Assembly: GCA_964456405.1 (NCBI GenBank)
Contig: CAYVZB010000001.1
Span: forward strand, 24,601-88,600
DNA from: an uncultured Candidatus Saccharibacteria bacterium
Lineage (GTDB): Bacteria > Patescibacteriota > Minisyncoccia > Phycocordibacterales > DATGWK01
Reading direction: 5' to 3'
DNA: 64,000 nt
The notes below the pieces were generated by a model. It was not told the origin of the DNA. It did not search any database and saw only the letters and a program-made list of their open reading frames with translations. A program made the translations under genes and the position numbers. Within the stretch, counting starts at the first letter, position 1. Each line of letters opens with the position of its first letter. Of the stretch, positions 49,087-57,707 are shown piece after piece.

Positions 49087-49530
49087 TTATTCTGCCTTTA
49101 TTTCTACTACCAATGTCTGGCTTTTCTCCGAATTCCCTACTTTAATCTTGCATTCGCCAACCTCTTTGATTGGTTTATCAAGATGAATAAAACCAACGGG
49201 GATTTCAAGATGAATTTGTTTCTTTATTTCTTCGGCAATTTGTTCTTTGTGAACTGAGGAGAACAAATGGCCTTTTTCATTAACCTTAGCGTTTATGGTA
49301 ATGACTGTTTCGGAAAGAGTTTTGAGGTTTTTATCAAGCAACGCGTCTTGAACTTTCTTTTCTGTAGCGTGTGCCTGCTGTACTTGTGCCACTTCCTTTT
49401 CAGCCTGAGGTGTAGCAATTACCGCATATCCATTAGGAATAAGAAAATTGACCGCATAGCCATCAGCAACATCTTTAACCTGAAACTTTTTGCCCATTCT
49501 TCCAAAATCTTTCTTAAAAATTACTTTCAT
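49087..49530 (-). CDS. rplI: 50S ribosomal protein L9
   Basis: Start at the internal ATG ([37 protein letters not shown]), the classic L9 N-domain. The track's longer start adds 23 non-conserved residues. Confidence 0.9.
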   Translation of the reverse strand: MKVIFKKDFGRMGKKFQVKDVADGYAVNFLIPNGYAVIATPQAEKEVAQVQQAHATEKKVQDALLDKNLKTLSETVITINAKVNEKGHLFSSVHKEQIAEEIKKQIHLEIPVGFIHLDKPIKEVGECKIKVGNSEKSQTLVVEIKAE

Positions 49531-49552
49531 AGTGACAACAGTATAGGAGAAT

Positions 49553-50782
49553 TTACTTATTAAGCAAGTAATTAATTGCTGCGTTGAATTGAACATCACG
49601 ACCGGTTTTTACCTGAGCCTCGGTCGGTATAACCTTAATATCCGGCTCAATGCCCTTCAGAGTAATAGAGTTACCATTTGGTGTAAGCCACTGAGCAATA
49701 GTTACCTTGAGTGAAGAGTCTGGAGTAATTTTTACCAATTCCTGAACTGAACCCTTTCCGAATGAGGTGTCACCAACAAGTGCGGCAATGCCGTTTTCCT
49801 TGAGAGCACCGGCCAGAATTTCTGACGCTGACGCAGAACCCTTGTCGATGAGAATTGCCATTTTCAGTGAATCCGGGAAAATATCATAGCCATGGCTTCG
49901 GTGTACAAGCTCTTCGCGACCATCTCGGTATGATTCTCGAACCACTACATCACCCGCAGGCAAGAACCATGAAGCCATATCAACTGCCGCTTCAAGATAC
50001 CCGCCAGGATTACCCCGAAGATCGAGCACAAGCTTATTTGAACCAGAGCGAACAAACTCCCTCAAAGCACCACGGAAAAGATTCGGTGAAGTAGCAGAAA
50101 AATTATAAAGACGAATTACAAATATACCGTCCGGTCGCATTTCATAATCAAGGGTTGGAATATCGATCACCTCACGAATCATTTTCACTTCGAAAGGATC
50201 TTTAACTCCTTCTCGGAATACCAGAACGGTGACCTGTGTTCCACCCTTACCACGGATGAGTAGCACTGCTTGGTCAGTTGAAAGCCCCTCAGTGCTTTTA
50301 TCATTAATCTTCAAAATTTTGTCTCCCGGTTTGATACCCATCCTGTATGCTGGAGTATTTTTAAGGGGCGCAACCACGGTAAGGACACCGTCACGAACGT
50401 CAATTTCCATTCCAACACCTTCAAAATTACCAGCAATGTCACTTTCGAAGATTTTTGCTTCTTCTGGAGGAAGAAAAACAGTGTATGGATCACCCAAAGA
50501 ATCCACCATACCACTGATAGCGCCCCAGACTCGTTCCTGACTTGTTACAGGTTTTGTTGAGGTTGAAGAAGAAATAAATTTTTCATCAACAGTTTTCCAA
50601 GCTTTCCAAAATGGTGCAAAGTCGGCAGAAATTTCTGGAGGTGACACTTGATTTGTAATCGAAACAATTGATGAATCGTTAGCCGCCTTACGTTCGCCAA
50701 TTTGCACACCAATAAAAAAAGAAGCTCCAACGATAATAAGAGCTGTGATGGAATACGTCAGTCGTTTTTTGCTATCAAGCAT
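49553..50782 (-). CDS. ctpA: carboxyl-terminal processing protease (S41 family, PDZ-containing)
   Basis: 409 aa. N-terminal TM, a PDZ region, [14 protein letters not shown]41 catalytic block and a downstream Lys region. Confidence 0.85.
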   Translation of the reverse strand: MLDSKKRLTYSITALIIVGASFFIGVQIGERKAANDSSIVSITNQVSPPEISADFAPFWKAWKTVDEKFISSSTSTKPVTSQERVWGAISGMVDSLGDPYTVFLPPEEAKIFESDIAGNFEGVGMEIDVRDGVLTVVAPLKNTPAYRMGIKPGDKILKINDKSTEGLSTDQAVLLIRGKGGTQVTVLVFREGVKDPFEVKMIREVIDIPTLDYEMRPDGIFVIRLYNFSATSPNLFRGALREFVRSGSNKLVLDLRGNPGGYLEAAVDMASWFLPAGDVVVRESYRDGREELVHRSHGYDIFPDSLKMAILIDKGSASASEILAGALKENGIAALVGDTSFGKGSVQELVKITPDSSLKVTIAQWLTPNGNSITLKGIEPDIKVIPTEAQVKTGRDVQFNAAINYLLNK

Positions 50783-50845
50783 TTAGAACATTGTCTCAAA
50801 GTTAACAAGTTCAAGCAACTCGGTGAGGTAGAAAGAATGCAATTC

Positions 50846-51001
50846 GATACAAATGTATTCGTATCCCCTTCCCAAACCACCACTTCGAGAGAGTGAGGAG
50901 CGGGACGAGCCGGTGCGTCAATGCCCGAGCGACGACTAGTAAAATCCTCCGCTGGGAGGATTTTACGCTCTCGAGAAGTGGTGGTTAAAAAATTGCTATA
51001 A
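50846..51001 (+). repeat. structured intergenic repeat, copy 1 (MITE-like, ends in an extended -10 TGcTATAAT six nt before the cysS ATG)
   Basis: Near-identical to 56192-56376. Terminal inverted repeats ccaccacttcgagagag / ctctcgagaagtggtgg, and an internal perfect hairpin gtaaaatcctcc-gctg-ggaggattttac. A palindrome lies at the 5' edge. Confidence 0.8.
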
Positions 51002-51008
51002 TAATTTC

Positions 51009-52424
51009 ATGAAACTCCATAACACCTTATCTGGAAAGACGGAAGACTTTAAACCAGAATCCGGAAATACTGTACGAATGTATAATTGCGGTCCAACTGT
51101 TTATAATTATGCCCACATTGGAAACCTTAGAAGTTATGTTTTTGCAGACACACTAAAACGCACACTGCTCTTTTCTGGTTATTCCGTTAAACAAATAATT
51201 AACATAACAGACGTTGGCCACCTTACTGGAGACAGCGATACTGGTTTAGACAAAGTTGAAGAAGGAGCAAAAAAAGAAAAGAAAACTGTTTCAGAAATTA
51301 TTAATTTCTACACTGACGCCTTTATCGACGATCTTAAAAAATTAAATATAAATACATCCGGCACACTCTTCCCAAGAGCGACCGAACACATTGCAGAGCA
51401 GATAGATTTAATTAAAAAACTCCAAAATAAAGGATATACGTATAAAACATCTGATGGTATCTATTTCGATACAAGTAAATTTAAAGAATATGGCAAGTTA
51501 GGAAACATTAAGCTTGCAAATCTCGAGGAGGGTGCTCGAATTGGTATCAATCCAGAGAAGAAAAACCCAACCGATTTTGCGCTTTGGAAGTTTTCCCCAA
51601 TGACTGAAAAACGTGAACAAGAATGGCCATCACCGTGGGGAGTCGGTTTTCCCGGTTGGCATATTGAATGTTCGGCAATGGCTATGAAATATTTGGGTGA
51701 AACATTAGACATTCACACGGGTGGAATTGACCATATCCCCGTCCATCACAACAATGAAATTGCTCAGTCTGAAGCCGTAACCGGAAAACCATTTTCTCGG
51801 TTTTGGCTACACAACGCTTTCATAACGGTTGATTCGGGTAAAATGGCAAAATCTGCTGGGAATTTCACTCGTCTTGCCACCCTTGAAGAACAACATATTC
51901 ACCCGCTTGCGTATCGATACTGGCTTTTGACTGCTCACTACCGTTCTCCTGTTATGTTTAGTTTTGAAGCAGTTAAAGACCAACAAAGCGGACTTAATTC
52001 ATTACTCCACAGTATTGCTTTTGCAAAAGAGCGAGAAACAATCTTTAGCAGAATCCTTAAAAATCCAATTGGGGTTAAGAAAAAATTGATTGAAATTTTA
52101 GAAAATGATCTCGATACGCCGAGGGCAATTGCTTACCTACATAAAACCGTTACAAGCATTATTATTGACCAAAAAGCGATCACAAAAACACTAAATTATT
52201 TCGATCAAGCACTAGGGCTAAGATTAAATTATCTCGCTAATTATATTATTGACTTACCAGACGACATCAAAAAAATCGCTAGTCAACGTGACAGATACAG
52301 AAAAGAACAAAATTGGACAAAATCAGACGAATTAAGAAATGAGCTTGTGAATAAAGGGTATTACGTTAAGGACATTGTGGGTGGCAGTCGAGTTTATAAA
52401 ATAATAGGTAACACCTATCCATAG
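51009..52424 (+). CDS. cysS: cysteine--tRNA ligase
   Basis: 471 aa. MYNCGPTVYNYAHIGNLRSY (HIGH), KMAKSAGN (KMSKS) and Zn-binding Cys/His positions. Confidence 0.93.
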   Translation: MKLHNTLSGKTEDFKPESGNTVRMYNCGPTVYNYAHIGNLRSYVFADTLKRTLLFSGYSVKQIINITDVGHLTGDSDTGLDKVEEGAKKEKKTVSEIINFYTDAFIDDLKKLNINTSGTLFPRATEHIAEQIDLIKKLQNKGYTYKTSDGIYFDTSKFKEYGKLGNIKLANLEEGARIGINPEKKNPTDFALWKFSPMTEKREQEWPSPWGVGFPGWHIECSAMAMKYLGETLDIHTGGIDHIPVHHNNEIAQSEAVTGKPFSRFWLHNAFITVDSGKMAKSAGNFTRLATLEEQHIHPLAYRYWLLTAHYRSPVMFSFEAVKDQQSGLNSLLHSIAFAKERETIFSRILKNPIGVKKKLIEILENDLDTPRAIAYLHKTVTSIIIDQKAITKTLNYFDQALGLRLNYLANYIIDLPDDIKKIASQRDRYRKEQNWTKSDELRNELVNKGYYVKDIVGGSRVYKIIGNTYP

Positions 52425-52448
52425 CCTATAAACAGTTTGTAAACGAAT

Positions 52449-53876
52449 ATGGCAAAAATCAATACAAATTATCAGACATACTCTGGTACTATTGGTGCCA
52501 TGCAAGGTGGAAGAAATAATCTAAGAATTCCTCCACAAAACCTCGAAGCCGAGGCGGCTCTTTTGGGTTCGATCATGCAGCGACCCGATGCCATGTATGA
52601 ACTTATGGACATCGTTTCTGCTGATTCTTTTTATTCAGAGAGGCATCGTTTTGTGTTTAACGCCATGATGGAGCTCTTTAAAAAGAGTAGTCCGATCGAT
52701 CTACTTTCTGTCTCATCAAAATTAAAAGAAAACAACCAGCTGGAACAAATTGGTGGTGGTTCGTATTTAGCTGAACTGGTACAGATGGTACCAAGCTCTT
52801 CGAATGCAAAATATTACGCTGAAATTGTTCAGAAAAAGTTCATGATGCGTCGACTGATCGAGGCGTCTGAACATATTGGCAATCTTGGATACGAGGAATC
52901 CCTTGAACTCGAAGAAATTCTCGACAAGGCCGAGAAAAAAGTTTTTGATGTTACTAATTTCTCTTCAACTCATAAATTTATTGAGCTTAAAGACGAACTA
53001 ACCGAAGCCTGGGAGCGTATGGATAAACTCCATAACTCCGGGCAGGGTTTGCGTGGTGTTCCCACTGGCTTTGCAGAGCTCGACAATAAACTTTCTGGTT
53101 TTCAGAATTCAGACCTGATCATACTTGCCGCCCGACCTTCAATGGGAAAAACTTCCCTTGCTCTTGATATTGCCCGCCAATCTGCAGTGAATCACGGCAC
53201 ACCAGTCGGCATCTTTTCTCTTGAGATGAGTTCGCAACAGCTCGTAGACCGTATGCTTGCTTCACAAGCCAACGTTGACGCATGGAAACTTCGAACCGGC
53301 CGACTCAATCGCGAGGATGAGTTCGAAGCAATTCGCCAATCCCTCGACGCTCTTTCCAAGGCTCCTATATATATCGACGACCAACCAGGAAACAATATTT
53401 TGAAAATGCGCTCTATCGCCCGCCGACTTAAAAGTGAAAAGGGTCTAAAGCTCCTTGTTGTTGACTACCTTCAGCTCATGGTACCGACCAATAATCGAAA
53501 CTCTGACAACGTCGTCCAACAAGTTACAGAAATTTCTCGTTCGCTCAAAAACCTCGCCAGGGAGCTCGATGTTCCTGTTCTGGCCCTTTCACAGCTTTCA
53601 CGTGCGGTAGAACAACGCGGGGGCCGTCCACGGCTTTCCGATCTTCGTGACTCTGGTTCTATCGAACAAGATGCGGACGTTGTTATGTTCATCCACCGAG
53701 AAGACAAGTATAAAGAGCAGGCGGAAAAAAATAATATTGCCGAAATTCTTATCGAAAAACATCGAAACGGTGAGGTCGGTAAAGTTGAACTCTATTTCAA
53801 CGACAAGAAAGTTACATTCCAGAGCCTACAAAAAGGTGAATTTGGTGGAGCTGAAAAAGAATTTGCGAATTTCTGA
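52449..53876 (+). CDS. dnaB: replicative DNA helicase DnaB
   Basis: 475 aa. N-terminal NLEAEAALLGSIM, Walker A ARPSMGKTSLALDIA, and RecA-like C-terminal domain motifs. Confidence 0.93.
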   Translation: MAKINTNYQTYSGTIGAMQGGRNNLRIPPQNLEAEAALLGSIMQRPDAMYELMDIVSADSFYSERHRFVFNAMMELFKKSSPIDLLSVSSKLKENNQLEQIGGGSYLAELVQMVPSSSNAKYYAEIVQKKFMMRRLIEASEHIGNLGYEESLELEEILDKAEKKVFDVTNFSSTHKFIELKDELTEAWERMDKLHNSGQGLRGVPTGFAELDNKLSGFQNSDLIILAARPSMGKTSLALDIARQSAVNHGTPVGIFSLEMSSQQLVDRMLASQANVDAWKLRTGRLNREDEFEAIRQSLDALSKAPIYIDDQPGNNILKMRSIARRLKSEKGLKLLVVDYLQLMVPTNNRNSDNVVQQVTEISRSLKNLARELDVPVLALSQLSRAVEQRGGRPRLSDLRDSGSIEQDADVVMFIHREDKYKEQAEKNNIAEILIEKHRNGEVGKVELYFNDKKVTFQSLQKGEFGGAEKEFANF

Positions 53877-53922
53877 TATTTTGCTCTTCGGGCGAATTTT
53901 TTGCTAAAATCGCTGTACTAAG

Positions 53923-54537
53923 ATGAACCCATTCAACCGCCTGACAGAAATATTTTCAGAATTTCCAGGCATTGGCCCACGACAAGCCAAACGTTTTGTT
54001 TATTTCCTTTTAACGAAGAACAATGGGTTTACGAAGGATCTCACAAGACTAATAGAAGAACTGAAGCAAAACACATTAACCTGCACATCTTGCTATCGCA
54101 TTTTTACCAAAAACGCTTCAGACTCCCACATCTGCGCTATTTGCTCAAATAAAAATCGTGACCGATCAATTCTTGCAGTGGTTGCAAGAGACACCGACCT
54201 TGAAAGCCTTGAAAAAAGCGGTTCGTTCAACGGCCTCTACTTTGTCCTTGGTGGCGTTGTGCCAATTCTCGAAACTGACCCAGAAAAAAAGATCCGGTCT
54301 CGAGAACTTTTTAATACAGTTTTAACCCGCTTCCCAAGTGAACTTAAAGAAGTAATTCTTGCCCTCAGCGCCAATGCGGATAGCGAAAATACCGCAGATT
54401 ACATCGTTAAACTCCTTTCGCAATTCAAAACAAATGGGCTAAAAATTACCCTTCTCGGCCGTGGGCTTTCTACAGGAACCGAGCTTGAGTATTCGGATGC
54501 TGAGACATTAAAGAATGCGATGGGAAATAGGAAATAA
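53923..54537 (+). CDS. recR: recombination protein RecR
   Basis: 204 aa. N-terminal helix-hairpin-helix (FPGIGPRQAKRFVYFLL), a C4 zinc finger (CTSCYRIF...CAICSN) and a Toprim domain. Confidence 0.9.
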   Translation: MNPFNRLTEIFSEFPGIGPRQAKRFVYFLLTKNNGFTKDLTRLIEELKQNTLTCTSCYRIFTKNASDSHICAICSNKNRDRSILAVVARDTDLESLEKSGSFNGLYFVLGGVVPILETDPEKKIRSRELFNTVLTRFPSELKEVILALSANADSENTADYIVKLLSQFKTNGLKITLLGRGLSTGTELEYSDAETLKNAMGNRK

Positions 54538-54575
54538 AAAAACCCTCGAGTGAGGGTTTTTTATTTTTCAGAAGC
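54534..54575. terminator. bidirectional rho-independent terminator between recR and rplU
   Basis: aaaaaaaccctcgagtgagggttttttattttt. Confidence 0.65.
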
Positions 54576-54587
54576 AGTAGTCAGAAA

Positions 54588-54908
54588 TTATTTGATTTTT
54601 GAGATCTCGACCTTGCTGAATGGCTGTCGATGACCATTTTTCTTGTAGTATCGGCTCTTTTGTTTGTATTTGATTACAGTTACCTTTGGAAGCCGGCCAG
54701 TTGCTTTGTAAGTAGCTTCTACCTTTGCACCGCTAATGTACGGAGTGCCAATAGTAGTGTTTGAACCATCATCAACCAGGAGAACCTTGTCGAAAGTTAC
54801 CTTATCTCCGGCTTTCATTTCACCCGGAAGGAGTTCAATGGTAATAACGTCACCAGATTTTACCTGGTATTGCTTACCTCCTGTTTCGATGACTGCAAAC
54901 TCTGTCAT
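54588..54908 (-). CDS. rplU: 50S ribosomal protein L21
   Basis: 106 aa. MTEFAVIETGGKQYQVKSGDVI... is the L21 signature. Confidence 0.93.
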   Translation of the reverse strand: MTEFAVIETGGKQYQVKSGDVITIELLPGEMKAGDKVTFDKVLLVDDGSNTTIGTPYISGAKVEATYKATGRLPKVTVIKYKQKSRYYKKNGHRQPFSKVEISKIK

Positions 54909-54978
54909 AGGGCCTTATTCTACATAAACAGCCAGAAAATGCAATAAGTAGGCTCTATGAGGCCATTTTTAGCCTATT

Positions 54979-56043
54979 TTACTCATTTTCCTCAATTTCG
55001 GGCCTATTTATGGCCAAGGTTTCAAGCCCACCATTAGTACCAGTGATTCGCAACACGTCCTTATCAATTTTCTTAAATTCTTTACTGCCGTTGTTGTAAT
55101 GATTCACAACCGTCGTAAGCGAGGTGCCAATTTTGTTGTAATACTCTTCGTAACTCTTCAGGTGATTCACCAAATTTGAAACATTCTTTTGGATTTCTTT
55201 AGTTTTTTCTTCAATCTGCATTGCTTTAAGGCCCTGAAGCACGGTTTGAAGGTATGCCAAGAAAGATGTCGGTGAAACAATAATGACCTTATATTTTCCG
55301 GCTGCACGTTGAATAAGATTTTCAGTATCCTCAGTCACCGCGCCAACTTTATTAATCAAAAGATCGTAATAAATTGCCTCATGAGGGATAAACATGAAAG
55401 CAAATTCCATGGTTCCCTCTTCGGGACGAATATATTTTGCCGTTTCGGTAATTCGAATCTTTAAATCATTCACAAAAAGCTTTTCAAGACGAGATTTTTC
55501 GGCCGGATCAGTCGTGCTTGTCATTCGATTATAATTTTCAAGTGAAAACTTCGAATCAACTGGAATAATTTTGTCCTTCACAAAAACCACTGCATCGACA
55601 ATCTCACCGTTCTTGAACCCATACTGCATTTGGTACTGACTTGGAGCAAGCACGTTCTTCAAAAGTGTTTCGAGATAATATTCACCCAAAATTCCACGCT
55701 GTTTTGGGTTTTTGAGAATATCTTGCAAAGACTGAAGCTGATCAGCAAAAGAAATGACCTGCTTATTTGTTTCATCGAGCTTGGTAAGACCTTGGGTAAC
55801 ATCCCGAATGAGTCGTGCCGACTCGCCAAACTGAGTTTTCATGGAGTCATGCACCTGACGACTTGTTTCCCCCATCTTGGCATCAATCGTGCGACTTAGG
55901 TCATTAATATGTTGCAAGAGCAATGACATGCTCTGACTATCTTCCTTTGGAGTTTCATTTTTCTTTCGAGAAATAAACCAAACGAATGCCGCATTGAGCA
56001 GAAATAGAACGACAACGACAATAATTACGGTTTCGGATGACAT
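54979..56043 (-). CDS. rmuC: DNA recombination protein RmuC
   Basis: 354 aa. N-terminal TM, a long coiled coil and a C-terminal RmuC nuclease-like domain. Confidence 0.8.
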   Translation of the reverse strand: MSSETVIIVVVVLFLLNAAFVWFISRKKNETPKEDSQSMSLLLQHINDLSRTIDAKMGETSRQVHDSMKTQFGESARLIRDVTQGLTKLDETNKQVISFADQLQSLQDILKNPKQRGILGEYYLETLLKNVLAPSQYQMQYGFKNGEIVDAVVFVKDKIIPVDSKFSLENYNRMTSTTDPAEKSRLEKLFVNDLKIRITETAKYIRPEEGTMEFAFMFIPHEAIYYDLLINKVGAVTEDTENLIQRAAGKYKVIIVSPTSFLAYLQTVLQGLKAMQIEEKTKEIQKNVSNLVNHLKSYEEYYNKIGTSLTTVVNHYNNGSKEFKKIDKDVLRITGTNGGLETLAINRPEIEENE

Positions 56044-56191
56044 ATTAGAGAATTATACCATTCCCCGTAGGAGTGGGTTTCAACCAGCCCTTCAGGAGGG
56101 CGCCGTCGATTTCTACTGAAATCGCGGCTCCTCTCGGCTCGTCAGCCTGCGAGACCCTCCATTCAGGGCTGGTTGGGAGAAAGGAAATACA

Positions 56192-56376
56192 ATACAAATG
56201 CATTTGTATTCCCTTCCCAAACCACCACTTCGAGAGAGTGAGGAGCGGGACGAGCCGGTGCGTCAATGCCCGAGCGAAGCGAGTGGCTTGACGCGAGTCC
56301 GAGCGACGACTAGTAAAATCCTCCGCTGGGAGGATTTTACGCTCTCGAGAAGTGGTGGTTAAAAAATTGCTATAAT
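56192..56376 (+). repeat. structured intergenic repeat, copy 2 (same element as 50846-51001, with a 29 bp internal expansion; ends TGcTATAAT six nt before the ATG)
   Basis: Shares the palindromic 5' edge atacaaatgcatttgtat, the terminal inverted repeats, the internal hairpin and the 3' ttgctataat. Carries an extra agcgagtggcttgacgcgagtccgagcga. Confidence 0.8.
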
Positions 56377-56382
56377 ATCCCC

Positions 56383-56835
56383 ATGACAATCCCAGAAAAA
56401 ATCAAAGCCGACATGGTTCAAGCTATGCGTGACAAAAACACAATAAAAGTAACCGCACTACGCGGACTCATTGCAAACTTCGCAACTGAACACATGACAA
56501 AGAAGAAAAAGGTTGATGAAACGCTTTCGGATGATGAAGCGACAACTGTAATCATGAGAGCAATCAAACAAAGAAAAGATTCGATTGACCAATTTACAAA
56601 AGGCGGACGAATGGATTTAGTTGCGAGTGAAGAAAATGAACTAAAAATAATCGAAACCTATGCTCCCAAACTCATGTCTCGCAATGATATTCTTTCTCTA
56701 GCAAAAATGAAAAAAGAAGAAATGGGCATTACTGACAAAGCCAAAATGGGCCAACTTATGAGCACTCTGATGAAAGACCTCAAGGGCAAAGCGGATGGGG
56801 CTGATGTTAAATCAGTCGTAGAGTCTCTTTTTTAG
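56383..56835 (+). CDS. GatB/YqeY domain-containing protein
   Basis: 150 aa. The pattern ...AMRDKNTIKVTALRGLIANF...LMKDLKGKADG matches the YqeY/GatB C-terminal domain family. Confidence 0.8.
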   Translation: MTIPEKIKADMVQAMRDKNTIKVTALRGLIANFATEHMTKKKKVDETLSDDEATTVIMRAIKQRKDSIDQFTKGGRMDLVASEENELKIIETYAPKLMSRNDILSLAKMKKEEMGITDKAKMGQLMSTLMKDLKGKADGADVKSVVESLF

Positions 56836-56870
56836 ACATCTATTCCCTATCCCCAACTTTTTTGTTTGGT

Positions 56871-56899
56871 TTGACAGAAAGTATTTTTGTAGTATAAAT
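56871..56899 (+). promoter_or_regulatory. candidate promoter TTGACA-17-TATAAA for the GC-rich orphan gene
   Basis: TTGACA at 56871-56876, a 17 nt spacer, TATAAA at 56894-56899. GGAGGTGA RBS lies before the ATG at 56942. Confidence 0.5.
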
Positions 56900-56941
56900 A
56901 TTGCAGGATCGTACACACAAACATCAACATGGAGGTGAGGG

Positions 56942-57274
56942 ATGGTTGCATCTGCAAAAAGTCGGAGGGAACCGAGTCTTGAAATTCAGAGGTTGGCGGA
57001 CAAAGCCGCAGAACTGTACCGCAAAGACAAGCTCGAAGGCCGGGAGGCAGAACGCTTCAGCGATTATGCCAGAAAAGTTCTGGAGAAGGCTGGCCTTCTG
57101 ACCGACGAGAGGGTCTCGATGATCACCCGGATTCTCGGCCGACGTGGTGGCAGGATGACGCAGAAACTTGTCCGGGCTGGAGTGATCCAACCCCAACGGA
57201 CACTCAGGCCAACACGCACGACGCCCCGTTTCAGTGAATTCCTTTTCAACCCCAACGGCAGTCGAGTTCTCTGA
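56942..57274 (+). CDS. hypothetical protein (110 aa, GC-rich, Arg/Lys-rich)
   Basis: Own promoter, strong RBS and a downstream terminator. Its GC content is well above the neighbours. It lies immediately upstream of tRNA-Glu and the recombinase. Confidence 0.55.
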   Translation: MVASAKSRREPSLEIQRLADKAAELYRKDKLEGREAERFSDYARKVLEKAGLLTDERVSMITRILGRRGGRMTQKLVRAGVIQPQRTLRPTRTTPRFSEFLFNPNGSRVL

Positions 57275-57294
57275 CACCGGGCGCACAAGCCCAT

Positions 57295-57324
57295 GGAGCG
57301 GTGACATAACCGCTCCTTTTTTAT
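57295..57324 (+). terminator. rho-independent terminator
   Basis: ggagcgg-tgacataa-ccgctcc followed by tttttta. Confidence 0.65.
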
Positions 57325-57361
57325 TTGAAATTTCTTATTTTAGCGATACTATGATGACCAC

Positions 57362-57433
57362 GGCCCTATCGTCTAACGGTTAGGACAGTGCCTTCTCAAG
57401 GCATAAATCGGGGTTCGATTCCCCGTAGGGTCA
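57362..57433 (+). tRNA. tRNA-Glu (anticodon CUC)
   Basis: 72 nt cloverleaf folded by hand. Acceptor ggcccta/tagggtc, D-arm gtct/ggac, anticodon stem gtgcc/ggcat with loop ttCTCaa, T-arm cgggg-ttcgatt-ccccg, discriminator A. No encoded CCA. Confidence 0.8.
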
Positions 57434-57468
57434 CAACTAAGGCCGATGCGGAGGCCTAGAAATAAACC

Positions 57469-57705
57469 GTGAGGACACAAAAAGCAAAATTTAAAGAAGG
57501 TGAGATTATTAAAAATCTTCATAATAATTTTCAGCGAATTATTCGCCGGATTGCTTATGTGGAAAAGAATGGAATGCTTGAAGTGCGCTACTTCTACTCT
57601 GGTGAAAAGCTAGATGATTCTTTGAAACCAACTGGTCGTTTTAGTGATGAGATAGCTGGCAATTGTAGCCAGACCACCATGCTGAATTGGCAGAAAAAAC
57701 AATAA
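57469..57705 (+). CDS. hypothetical small protein (78 aa)
   Basis: AT-rich ORF between the tRNA and the recombinase. No motif recognised. Confidence 0.3.
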   Translation: MRTQKAKFKEGEIIKNLHNNFQRIIRRIAYVEKNGMLEVRYFYSGEKLDDSLKPTGRFSDEIAGNCSQTTMLNWQKKQ

Positions 57706-57707
57706 TT

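Noticed and set aside
50846-51001. T-box riboswitch upstream of cysS
   Set aside because: I considered this because the element precedes an aminoacyl-tRNA synthetase gene. However no T-box consensus (AGGGUGGNACCGCG) or specifier-loop architecture is present, and the second copy precedes a non-synthetase gene.
56045-56389. 114 aa minus-strand ORF and 72 aa plus-strand ORF over repeat copy 2
   Set aside because: Both lie wholly within the repetitive structured element, and the homologous positions in copy 1 are not open. They are non-coding.
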